A DNA stretch of 22,205 nucleotides from Clostridiales bacterium (GTDB taxonomy: Bacteria; Bacillota; Clostridia; DUOD01): NCBI GenBank assembly GCA_012838995.1, contig DUOD01000018.1, forward strand, positions 1-22,205. The letters are read 5' to 3'. The position numbers and the translations under genes were made by a program. This document shows, piece by piece, positions 7,961-15,804 of the stretch. Below the pieces are notes generated by a model, which ran no database searches, was not told the DNA's origin, and saw only the letters and a list, made by a program, of their open reading frames with translations. Each line of letters opens with the position of its first letter. Position 1 is the first letter of the stretch.

Positions 7961-8986
7961 ATGAAATCTAATGCTATCAAGAAATTTTTCAGTAAAACAG
8001 AAGGCTATATTCTGTTGATAGTAATAGTGTACTGTATTATCGTAGCCGCTGTAAACCCCAACTTTATGACCCCAGGCAACTTCCTTGACCTAATCCGTTC
8101 GTCATCCTGGTATTGGATATTGGGATTTGGTGTGTTGCTGGTGTTACTTTCGGGGGGGATAGATGTTTCATATACGGCTATAGCTATTTGTAGTGGATAT
8201 GTATCTGCTTGTGTTATTCAGCGTACGGGAATAGAGAACCTGGCCTTTGCCTTCTTTATTGCAATTTTAATAGGCCTTTGGTTCGGCGCTATTAACGGAT
8301 TTTTAATACACTACTTTAGGCTGCCTACCCTTATTGCAACTTTAGGTACAAAGACAATTTTTATCGGTATTATGGCGGCGCTTGTAGGTGTAGAAGCTAT
8401 AAATACAGACCACTTACCCGCTGTATTTAAGGATTTCGGTTTGGCAAAACTATTCACTGTACCAACTGAAACGGGTGCGGAATACGGCCTTTCGGTATTC
8501 TTTATTCCACTGGTGATCTTAGGTATATTAACGTGGTTTATACTGTATCGCACTCAAATCGGTAGGAGCGTCGTTGCCCTTGGCAATTCGGAAGTATCGG
8601 CCGAGCGTGCGGGCTACAACCTGTTTAAGACTCGTATGTTTATATATATGTACGTAGGAGCCTTAGCCGCCGTGGCAGGTGTAATTGCCATTTCAGACGT
8701 TGCTTGGATTGCACCTCTCTCAAGTACAATGATACGAGGAACCGAGCTGACCATTATTGCAGCATTAATTATAGGCGGTGTAAAGCTGACAGGTGGAGAA
8801 GGTACGGTATTTGCTTCGATTATTGGATTGTTACTTGTAAGACTGTTTGAAACAACACTCATATTCCTCGGATTAACTTCATCATGGCAGAACTTCTTTA
8901 CCGGATTGGTATTCGTAGCCAGCTTGTCGGTGACATCGCTACAGAGGGCAAGAAAGAGACGTCGTATGCTCTTATTTGAAGAATAA
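7961..8986 (+). CDS. Sugar ABC transporter permease (RbsC/RhaP-like)
   Basis: 341 aa, AGGGGAG RBS and a multi-TM hydrophobic profile. The GGIDVS motif is typical of CUT2 permeases. Confidence 0.85.
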   Translation: MKSNAIKKFFSKTEGYILLIVIVYCIIVAAVNPNFMTPGNFLDLIRSSSWYWILGFGVLLVLLSGGIDVSYTAIAICSGYVSACVIQRTGIENLAFAFFIAILIGLWFGAINGFLIHYFRLPTLIATLGTKTIFIGIMAALVGVEAINTDHLPAVFKDFGLAKLFTVPTETGAEYGLSVFFIPLVILGILTWFILYRTQIGRSVVALGNSEVSAERAGYNLFKTRMFIYMYVGALAAVAGVIAISDVAWIAPLSSTMIRGTELTIIAALIIGGVKLTGGEGTVFASIIGLLLVRLFETTLIFLGLTSSWQNFFTGLVFVASLSVTSLQRARKRRRMLLFEE

Positions 8987-9002
8987 TGGGGGTAGACTAG
9001 TT

Positions 9003-10049
9003 ATGAAGAAAGGAATTAATAGTTTTGGAGATAGATTATTACAATCAGAAGATGTTAACGTACTAATATTGACAATTACTTTCGTTGCTGTTTTAGTGGT
9101 TTTGTCCATAGTTTTAGGTGGAACGTTTCTATCTGCCGCAAACTTCCAATCAATGGGCTTTCAGATACCTGAGTTTGGTCTCTTATCCCTTGCAATGTCC
9201 TTGTGCATGCTTGCCGGCGGGATAGATCTTTCTATAGTAGGAAACGCCAATTTATCAAGCGTATTAGCCGCTTATACACTACTGGCCCTGTCGGAAAACG
9301 GCGGTAACCCGATTATTGCAATAATTGTTGCAATCGTTGTCGGGTTGGTGGTTGGTGTAGGATGCGGCCTGCTGAACGGCTTACTGATTGCTAAGGTATC
9401 AATCCTTCCCATACTGGCTACGCTGTCGACTATGATTTTATACGACGGTATTGCCATGGCTCTAACGGACGGAAAAACCGTTTTGGGCTTCCCCTTGGAG
9501 TTTTCCAAGATGGCCATAGCCAAGGCGGGCGGTATACCCGGTGTTTTCATAGTATTTGTGGTAGTAGCGATAATAATCTCTTTAGTACTGACCCGTACGT
9601 TCTTTGGTAAGAATATTTACCTGTACGGTGCCAACAAAACAGTATCACTGTTTTCAGGAATAAGGGTAAATTCCCTCATACTGAAAACCTATGCGATATC
9701 CGGGTTGTTTGCCGGTATTGCCGGGTTGATGTTAATGGCCCGTGTTAACTCAGCCAAGGTTGGATATGGTGATACCTACCTACTCCAAACCATGTTGGTT
9801 AGTATCCTCGGCGGGGTAAGTCCTACCGGTGGTAAGGGTAAAGTTTTAGGCGTATTCTTGGGAATTCTTGTTCTGCAAATGCTGCAGAGCGGCTTTACGT
9901 TGCTGGGTGTCGAGCCGTACTTTAGGAACTTCATCTGGGGCGTTGTCCTAATCGGTGTAATGATTGCAAACTTCTACATCGAAAGAAGCAAGAAGAAGAT
10001 CAAAAGGCCAAAAGCTACAGCCAAGGAAGCCCAACAACCAGTAGCATAA
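9003..10049 (+). CDS. Second sugar ABC transporter permease (RbsC/RhaQ-like)
   Basis: I prefer the ATG at 9003 to the overlapping TTG at 8976. It is multi-TM, has the GGIDLS motif and ends in a basic C-terminal tail. Confidence 0.85.
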   Translation: MKKGINSFGDRLLQSEDVNVLILTITFVAVLVVLSIVLGGTFLSAANFQSMGFQIPEFGLLSLAMSLCMLAGGIDLSIVGNANLSSVLAAYTLLALSENGGNPIIAIIVAIVVGLVVGVGCGLLNGLLIAKVSILPILATLSTMILYDGIAMALTDGKTVLGFPLEFSKMAIAKAGGIPGVFIVFVVVAIIISLVLTRTFFGKNIYLYGANKTVSLFSGIRVNSLILKTYAISGLFAGIAGLMLMARVNSAKVGYGDTYLLQTMLVSILGGVSPTGGKGKVLGVFLGILVLQMLQSGFTLLGVEPYFRNFIWGVVLIGVMIANFYIERSKKKIKRPKATAKEAQQPVA

Positions 10050-10097
10050 TAACCACCTATATGCTAAAAAGCAAAGAAAAGACATGTACTGTAGATT

Positions 10098-10152
10098 CCA
10101 TCACTTTGTGATATATACAACTGAATATCACAAAGTGATGGCTTATTTCGTT
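10098..10152 (+). terminator. Rho-independent terminator of the ABC operon
   Basis: Perfect 17-bp stem ccatcactttgtgatat / atatcacaaagtgatgg (10098-10141) with a 10-nt loop, followed by cttatttcgtt. Confidence 0.7.
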
Positions 10153-10169
10153 ATAGGAAAAAGTTAAGC

Positions 10170-10270
10170 AAAAAAATTATAAAAACTTGCTAAAAAAAGA
10201 AGGATTATTGAAGTTTGTGTAGAATAACTTATAGAAGCACAAATGTTAATGCGGCATGAACATATGATAC
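10170..10270 (+). promoter_or_regulatory. Repeated promoter-like module, copy B (distal of two tandem copies upstream of sorC)
   Basis: GAAGGATTA (10199-10207), an 11-nt spacer, then GTAGAATAA (10219-10227). The inverted repeat ACAAATGTT-N11-AACATATGA lies at 10239-10267. Confidence 0.5.
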
Positions 10271-10301
10271 AAAGCTCGATGCCGTAACCCGGTTTTAACC
10301 A

Positions 10302-10405
10302 TAAAAAAATAAAAAATTAGCTTCTAAAAGAAGGATTTTTTGAATTTGTGTAGAATAGTACTTTTAAGGTGACAAATGTTAATGACGTTAGAACATATGT
10401 AAACA
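10302..10405 (+). promoter_or_regulatory. Repeated promoter-like module, copy C (proximal, 64 nt before the sorC ATG)
   Basis: GAAGGATTT (10330-10338), an 11-nt spacer, then GTAGAATAG (10350-10358). The inverted repeat ACAAATGTT-N11-AACATATGT lies at 10372-10400. Confidence 0.55.
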
Positions 10406-10421
10406 AGGGAATGTAAATTAT

Positions 10422-11381
10422 ATGGAAAATATTGATAGGGTTAATATGCTGGTTAACATATCGAGGTTATATTATGAACATGATTATAGCCAGCAGCAAA
10501 TAGCGGAAAAACTGGGTTTATCACGGCCTTATGTATCAAAATTGATAAAAGAAGCCAGAAATGCAGGTATTGTTAATATAGTCATCAATGATCCTAATGA
10601 AGCTGAAACCGAAATAGAGGCCAAAATAAGAAAGAAATTCGGTCTTGAAAAAGTCATAGCAGTGCCTCTTAATAAGCCTAGCAGACAAAATATTTTGGAC
10701 AAGTTAGGGGTCGCTGCATCTAAATTTTTAAATTCTATAGTAAAAGACGGAGATATTATAGGCGTTACCTGGGGTGCTACCTTATATGCTTGTTCCCGCA
10801 ATTTAATCCCCAGAGAGGATATAAAGGACATAACAGTTGTCCAGATATGCGGGGGCGTAAGCAAGTTGGACAAAAATATATATGCTACTGAAATACCTAA
10901 GAAGTTTTCTGAAGTTTATCATGGGGTTCCCTATATTTTACCCCTACCGGCCATCCTCGACGATATAAAGGTAAAAAATGCAGTACTCCATGACAAAAAC
11001 ATCAATGACGTATTGAACATAGCAAGGCAGGCCAACATCAACATCTTTACCATGGGCACCTTCGGTTATGAGAGTGCCCTGACCAAGGCAGGCTATATTA
11101 GCAAGGAAGAGGTGGACCGACTGCATCTTAAGGGGGCAGTGGGGGACATTTGCGCAAGAATCATAGATATCAATGGAAACATATGCGACGAAAAGCTTAA
11201 CGAAAGGACCGTTGCCATAGACCTGGATGAACTAAAACTCAAAGATTGGAGAATAGCAGTAGCTACAGGTAGCAACAAGGTAAAATGCATCATCGGTGCT
11301 CTACGGGGAGGGTACGTAAACGTACTCATTACCGATGAGGAGACAGCTCTAGAAATATTAAGTATTATAGATAAGGAGTAA
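10422..11381 (+). CDS. SorC/DeoR(Bsu)-family transcriptional regulator (N-terminal HTH plus sugar-phosphate-binding domain)
   Basis: 319 aa. The HTH is YSQQQIAEKLGLSRPYVSKLIKEAR. GVTWGATL, VQICGG and the C-terminal ITDE are typical of the SorC sugar-binding domain. Its stop codon is 2 nt before the pduL start. Confidence 0.85.
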   Translation: MENIDRVNMLVNISRLYYEHDYSQQQIAEKLGLSRPYVSKLIKEARNAGIVNIVINDPNEAETEIEAKIRKKFGLEKVIAVPLNKPSRQNILDKLGVAASKFLNSIVKDGDIIGVTWGATLYACSRNLIPREDIKDITVVQICGGVSKLDKNIYATEIPKKFSEVYHGVPYILPLPAILDDIKVKNAVLHDKNINDVLNIARQANINIFTMGTFGYESALTKAGYISKEEVDRLHLKGAVGDICARIIDINGNICDEKLNERTVAIDLDELKLKDWRIAVATGSNKVKCIIGALRGGYVNVLITDEETALEILSIIDKE

Positions 11382-11383
11382 CA

Positions 11384-12022
11384 ATGATTAAGGATGCAAT
11401 AAAGAGAATCATAACAAATGAAATACTAAAGGCAACCATAAAAAAATATGGATTATACTTCTTACCGGCTGCTGTTTCCAATAGGCATATTCATCTCTCC
11501 AAGGAAGATAAAGAGAAACTTTTCGGAAGAGGGTATCAATTAAGGCCAATAAAGGAGCTTTCCCAACCCGGGCAATATGCCTGTGAGGAAAGGGTCACCA
11601 TAATAGGCAAAAAGGGTACCATCGAAAATGTAAGAGTATTGGGCCCCGAGAGAAAGGAAACCCAGCTTGAGGTATCCGTAAGTGACTGTTACACATTAGG
11701 GATAAAGCCGGTAATAAGGATGTCGGGGGATTTGGATAACACCCCGGGCATAACCATAGAAGGCCCTAAGGGTCGGGTAGAACTTCAAAAAGGTGTAGTA
11801 GTTGCAGCCCGCCATCTTCACATTTCCGAAGAGGAAGCAAAACTTTACGGTCTTAAAGACGGCGATGTGATAAGGGTGAAGAAATCGGGAATAAGGGAGA
11901 CGATTTTTGGAAACGTGCTGGTTAGATCAGGTTCCGGTCACAGGTTGGAATTGCATTTTGACATTGAAGAAGCCAATGCAGCGGGTATTAAAAACGGAGA
12001 CCTGCTATTAATAGAAAAATAA
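11384..12022 (+). CDS. pduL: Phosphotransacylase PduL (BMC-associated PTAC) with an N-terminal amphipathic helix
   Basis: 212 aa. It has the two diagnostic repeats SNRHIHLS and ARHLHIS. The N-terminus KDAIKRIITNEILKATIKK resembles an encapsulation peptide. Confidence 0.85.
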   Translation: MIKDAIKRIITNEILKATIKKYGLYFLPAAVSNRHIHLSKEDKEKLFGRGYQLRPIKELSQPGQYACEERVTIIGKKGTIENVRVLGPERKETQLEVSVSDCYTLGIKPVIRMSGDLDNTPGITIEGPKGRVELQKGVVVAARHLHISEEEAKLYGLKDGDVIRVKKSGIRETIFGNVLVRSGSGHRLELHFDIEEANAAGIKNGDLLLIEK

Positions 12023-12041
12023 GTTTAACAGGAGAGCGTAA

Positions 12042-12764
12042 ATGGACGTAGATCTGTTAATTGATGAAATTACAAAAAATGTTGTTTCACGACTTAAGGA
12101 CGAAATGTGCATAAGGGCTTTTGATGAAAGCAAAAGCGAAAACCGAATACTGGTTCTGCTGCCCGAGAATGTTTTAAGTATTGGGAAATTTCTCAACTAT
12201 GTTAAGGGTAAGTATGAAGATGGAGAACTTCTGGTAGCAGGTAATGTAGAAACCTTGGACGGAGTTTTAAAACCCGAACTGAGCAACAGCATAACATGCG
12301 TTAATATACAGGACAAGCATATACGGCATAAAGTGGGCAGCATTTTTGATAGTTATAAGGAGGTATGCTGTATAGCTCCCGGCATAAAACTTCTGGAGAA
12401 TATTGCCAAGGGAGACGATTCCCAATTTATCGAATACCTTTTGCTGCAAGGCATACTTCATAAAAAGCCCACGACAATTTATGTCGACTACATGCCCAAC
12501 GGCATTTCGTCCGATGGTTTGATGGGTAAGGTATCAACCTTGTTCAGAGAAATAGAAGCATCGGGCATTAAAGTGGAAAACATAGACAGGCAAACCGATG
12601 CAGTTATCAGTGCTGAAAAAGTATACCAAGACGGCCTGATAACCGAGCAGGATATCGACGAAATGTGGGCAAACGGGGTTACCGAGGTGGATTGCTCAAG
12701 ATGCATAGTAACGCCCCTTGCCAAGGACAGGGCCAAGGAACTGTCCATAACACTGAAGTATTAA
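12042..12764 (+). CDS. BMC-associated protein of unknown function with an encapsulation-peptide-like N-terminus
   Basis: 240 aa with an AGGAGA RBS. The N-terminus is MDVDLLIDEITKNVVSRLKDE. The C-terminal segment LITEQDIDEMWANGV...CIVTPLAKDRAKELSI is a short module I recall recurring in BMC loci. No catalytic motif recognised. Confidence 0.6.
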   Translation: MDVDLLIDEITKNVVSRLKDEMCIRAFDESKSENRILVLLPENVLSIGKFLNYVKGKYEDGELLVAGNVETLDGVLKPELSNSITCVNIQDKHIRHKVGSIFDSYKEVCCIAPGIKLLENIAKGDDSQFIEYLLLQGILHKKPTTIYVDYMPNGISSDGLMGKVSTLFREIEASGIKVENIDRQTDAVISAEKVYQDGLITEQDIDEMWANGVTEVDCSRCIVTPLAKDRAKELSITLKY

Positions 12765-12983
12765 CCAATGAAGCATGGATATAGGATGGTTAGCCTTAAA
12801 GAAGTAAGGAGTATGGCATAAAACCATGGACATGCCGAAAAATCGGCAATTAACAAGCGGTGTTAAACATTAAGTTAAAATTTATGTATTATCTATAAAG
12901 TATGGCATGAAAGCATTACACCAACAGACGAAAACAAATAAAAGCAATATCCTATTTAGCAAATAGACAGGGTGGTGTTAAAA

Positions 12984-14429
12984 ATGGCGATAACGAAGGA
13001 AAGAATTGAAGAAATAATTAGGGAGATGAACATGCACTTTGGCTCCAGTGTGGGGAGTACTACAACAGGTGTAAGAAGCAGTTCAATCTCGAGCCAGCCA
13101 AGAGGTCAGCTGGGGATCTTTTCAGATGTGGAGGATGCAATAGCGGCAGCAAAGGCCTCCCAAATAGAGCTAATTGCATTGGGTCTGGAAAAGAGACGCA
13201 AGATAGTAGAGGCCATGCGAAAAGCGGCTATTGATAATGCAGAGCATCTTGCGATAATGGCAGTTGAAGAAACAGGCTTTGGCAAAGTGGAACACAAAAT
13301 CGCAAAAAACTTGCTGGCCGCTGAAAAAACTCCGGGTATTGAGGATTTGGTTTCAACCACATATACCGGCGATGACGGGCTAACCCTTATTGAGGGAGCA
13401 CCCTTTGGTGTGATAGGTGCCATAACACCGTCGACAAATCCAGCAGCTACTATAATAAACAACGGTATAAGCATGGTAGCGGCTGGAAATTCTGTAGTTT
13501 TTAACCCCCATCCCGGTGCAAAAGAGGTTACCAATGAAGCCATTAGAATACTAAACAAAGCAATTATGAGTGCCGGTGGGCCTAGCAATGTGTTATGCAG
13601 TACCGAAAACCCTACAATAGAGTCCAGTAATACGATAATGAAACATAAAGATATTGCCATCCTTGTGGTAACCGGAGGAGAAGGCGTGGTAAGGGCGGCC
13701 ATGAACAGCGGCAAGAAGGTTATAGCTGCAGGACCGGGCAACCCGCCGGTGATAGTTGACGATACCGCAGATATAAAGAAGGCTGCAAAGGATATTGTGG
13801 ACGGAGCAAGCTTTGACAATAATATTCTCTGTATAGCCGAGAAGGAAGTTTTCGTATTTAGAAATGTTGCAGACCGGCTAATAGAAGAGATGATAAAAAA
13901 CGGGGCTTACCTTGCAAACAAGTCCACAGGAGAAATAGAAAAGATCAAGAACACCGTTTTTGAAACCAAAGGCGGCAAGACTGTGTTAAATAAAAAATTT
14001 GTCGGTAAAAGTGCCAATTATATCTTAAGCAAGAGTAATATAGATGTAAACGGCGAATACAAGCTGATCATTGCTGAAGTAGATGCAACCCATCCCTTTG
14101 TACTTACTGAAATGTTAATGCCCGTTTTACCCATTGTAAGGGTAGACAGCATAGACGAAGCAATACAGAAGGCGCTGGATGCTGAGCAAGCCAATAGACA
14201 TACAGCTCTCATGCACTCGCAAAATGTAACTAACCTTACAAAGGCTGCCAGGGCTCTTAACACTACAATCTTTGTAAAGAATGCACCGTCTTATGCCGGA
14301 TTGGGATATCAAGGTGAAGGATACACAACACTGACCATAGCAACGCCTACAGGGGAAGGGTTAACCTCTGCACGCACTTTTACCAGACAGAGAAGATGTA
14401 CATTGTATGGTTCCTTTAGGATTATTTAA
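12984..14429 (+). CDS. CoA-acylating aldehyde dehydrogenase (PduP/EutE-like) with N-terminal encapsulation peptide and Ser/Thr/Gly linker
   Basis: I prefer the ATG at 12984 (AGGGTGGTG RBS) to the GTG at 12972. The catalytic Cys lies in FDNNILCIAEKE and the C-terminus reads TFTRQRRC. The N-terminus KERIEEIIREMNMHF plus ..QPRGQLGIFSDVEDAIAAA parallels Salmonella PduP (..QPQGKGIFQSVSEAIDAA) as I recall it. Confidence 0.85.
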   Translation: MAITKERIEEIIREMNMHFGSSVGSTTTGVRSSSISSQPRGQLGIFSDVEDAIAAAKASQIELIALGLEKRRKIVEAMRKAAIDNAEHLAIMAVEETGFGKVEHKIAKNLLAAEKTPGIEDLVSTTYTGDDGLTLIEGAPFGVIGAITPSTNPAATIINNGISMVAAGNSVVFNPHPGAKEVTNEAIRILNKAIMSAGGPSNVLCSTENPTIESSNTIMKHKDIAILVVTGGEGVVRAAMNSGKKVIAAGPGNPPVIVDDTADIKKAAKDIVDGASFDNNILCIAEKEVFVFRNVADRLIEEMIKNGAYLANKSTGEIEKIKNTVFETKGGKTVLNKKFVGKSANYILSKSNIDVNGEYKLIIAEVDATHPFVLTEMLMPVLPIVRVDSIDEAIQKALDAEQANRHTALMHSQNVTNLTKAARALNTTIFVKNAPSYAGLGYQGEGYTTLTIATPTGEGLTSARTFTRQRRCTLYGSFRII

Positions 14430-14460
14430 TCAGCTGAGTATAAGCTAAGGAGTTGTAGTC

Positions 14461-15792
14461 ATGGCAAAAAGTTTTTATGATAGGATTTTTGATGCAGGAG
14501 TCATAGGAGCAGGCGGCGCCGGGTTTCCTACCCACATAAAAGTAAATGCTAAAGCCGATGTGGTATTGGCCAACGGTGCAGAATGCGAGCCCTTACTAAG
14601 GGTTGACCGTCGCATAATGGAGCACTACCCTGATAAGGTGGTAGAGGGTCTCCAAGTGGCGATGAGGGTAAGCGGTGCGGCCAAGGGATATATATGCTTG
14701 AAAGCTAAGTATAAATTGGCAGTGGAACGACTACAGAATGCCATAGGCAATAAAAAGAAAATTGAGTTGTTTTTGCTGGATAACTATTATCCAGCGGGTG
14801 ACGAACAGCAGATTGTACATGAGGTTACCGGCAAAGTAGTACCTCCCGGCGGGATACCGCTGGATGTAGGAGCGGTGGTGTGCAACGTAGGTACCTTGGT
14901 CAATATAGCAGATGCAGTTGAAGACATCCCGGTGACCCATAAATTAGTTACAGTTACCGGTGAGGTAAAAAACCCCATTACAATAAAGGTGCCGGTGGGA
15001 ACGCCCATGAAGCTACTGATAAAGGAAGCCGGCGGTCCCGATGAAGGCCAAGGATATGCATTAATAGAAGGCGGGCCGGCCATGGGCAAGGTCCAGGAGG
15101 ACTGGTCATCACCCGTTAAAAAGACTACCGGGGGACTGATAGTACTTCCGTCCAACCATTTGGTTATAAGGAAGAAAGAGGGACCCTCGGAATCGGATTA
15201 CAGACTGACCAAATCGGTATGCTGCCAATGTAGTTATTGCACTCAACTGTGTCCAAGGAACAACATAGGATTGGGTGTACAACCCCATAAGGTAATGAGG
15301 GGTATAGGATACGGCAGAGGTGATGCAATAGGCAATATAAATGACGTATTTTCATGCTGTGACTGCGGATTATGTACCTATTATGCCTGCTACATGGGCC
15401 TCAAACCGGGTACCATGGTTACCACCATTAAGAATGCCCTTCTCAAGAAGGGAATAAGACCGCAGAAAGAAAGAGTAAAAGAAGTTAATCCGGCATGGGA
15501 ATACAAAAAGGTGCCAACCGAAAGATTTATTCAGAGACTTGGGTTGAGCAAGTATGACGTCGATGCTCCTATGGTGGACAAAGAAATCGCTGTAGATAAG
15601 GTAAGGATCCCTCTCAAACAGCATATTGGTGTACCGGCTACACCGGTGGTTGAAGTGGGAGCGGATGTCCAGGTCGGTGATCTAATCGGTGCGGTTGAAA
15701 AAGACAAGGTAGGGGCTAATGTCCATGCCAGCATAGATGGCAAAGTCACCTTTGTTTCCAAAGAATTAATTGAAATTTCTGCAAGAGGGTAG
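14461..15792 (+). CDS. pduS: PduS-like / RnfC-family flavo-iron-sulfur oxidoreductase
   Basis: 443 aa with an AAGGAG RBS. The nucleotide-binding region is GAGGAGFPTHIK...ANGAECEPLL. Two Cys clusters are present, CCQCSYCTQLCP and CCDCGLCTYYAC. The C-terminal segment IPLKQHIGVPATPVV..GD.V.VGDLIG resembles an RnfC barrel-sandwich domain. Confidence 0.8.
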   Translation: MAKSFYDRIFDAGVIGAGGAGFPTHIKVNAKADVVLANGAECEPLLRVDRRIMEHYPDKVVEGLQVAMRVSGAAKGYICLKAKYKLAVERLQNAIGNKKKIELFLLDNYYPAGDEQQIVHEVTGKVVPPGGIPLDVGAVVCNVGTLVNIADAVEDIPVTHKLVTVTGEVKNPITIKVPVGTPMKLLIKEAGGPDEGQGYALIEGGPAMGKVQEDWSSPVKKTTGGLIVLPSNHLVIRKKEGPSESDYRLTKSVCCQCSYCTQLCPRNNIGLGVQPHKVMRGIGYGRGDAIGNINDVFSCCDCGLCTYYACYMGLKPGTMVTTIKNALLKKGIRPQKERVKEVNPAWEYKKVPTERFIQRLGLSKYDVDAPMVDKEIAVDKVRIPLKQHIGVPATPVVEVGADVQVGDLIGAVEKDKVGANVHASIDGKVTFVSKELIEISARG

Positions 15793-15804
15793 GGGGATGG
15801 ATTC

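Noticed and set aside
10098-10141. The long perfect hairpins at 41-80 and 10098-10141 considered as possible MITE/IS terminal inverted repeats or REP-like elements.
   Set aside because: The two hairpins are unrelated in sequence. Each is a single stem-loop at an operon end, and there are no flanking direct repeats or transposase. Terminators are the simpler explanation.
10199-10230. The GAAGGA core of the repeated modules read as a Shine-Dalgarno sequence for micro-ORFs (for example TTG AAG TTT GTG TAG).
   Set aside because: The putative micro-ORFs differ in length and frame among the four copies, so nothing is conserved at the peptide level.
4224-10405. The four repeated modules considered as a CRISPR-like or other interspersed repeat array, or as sigma-54 promoters.
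   Set aside because: Spacing is irregular (640 nt, ~5.3 kb, 131 nt) and there are no cas genes. No TGGCAC-N5-TTGCW element is present. Their location in front of operons fits promoter/operator function better.
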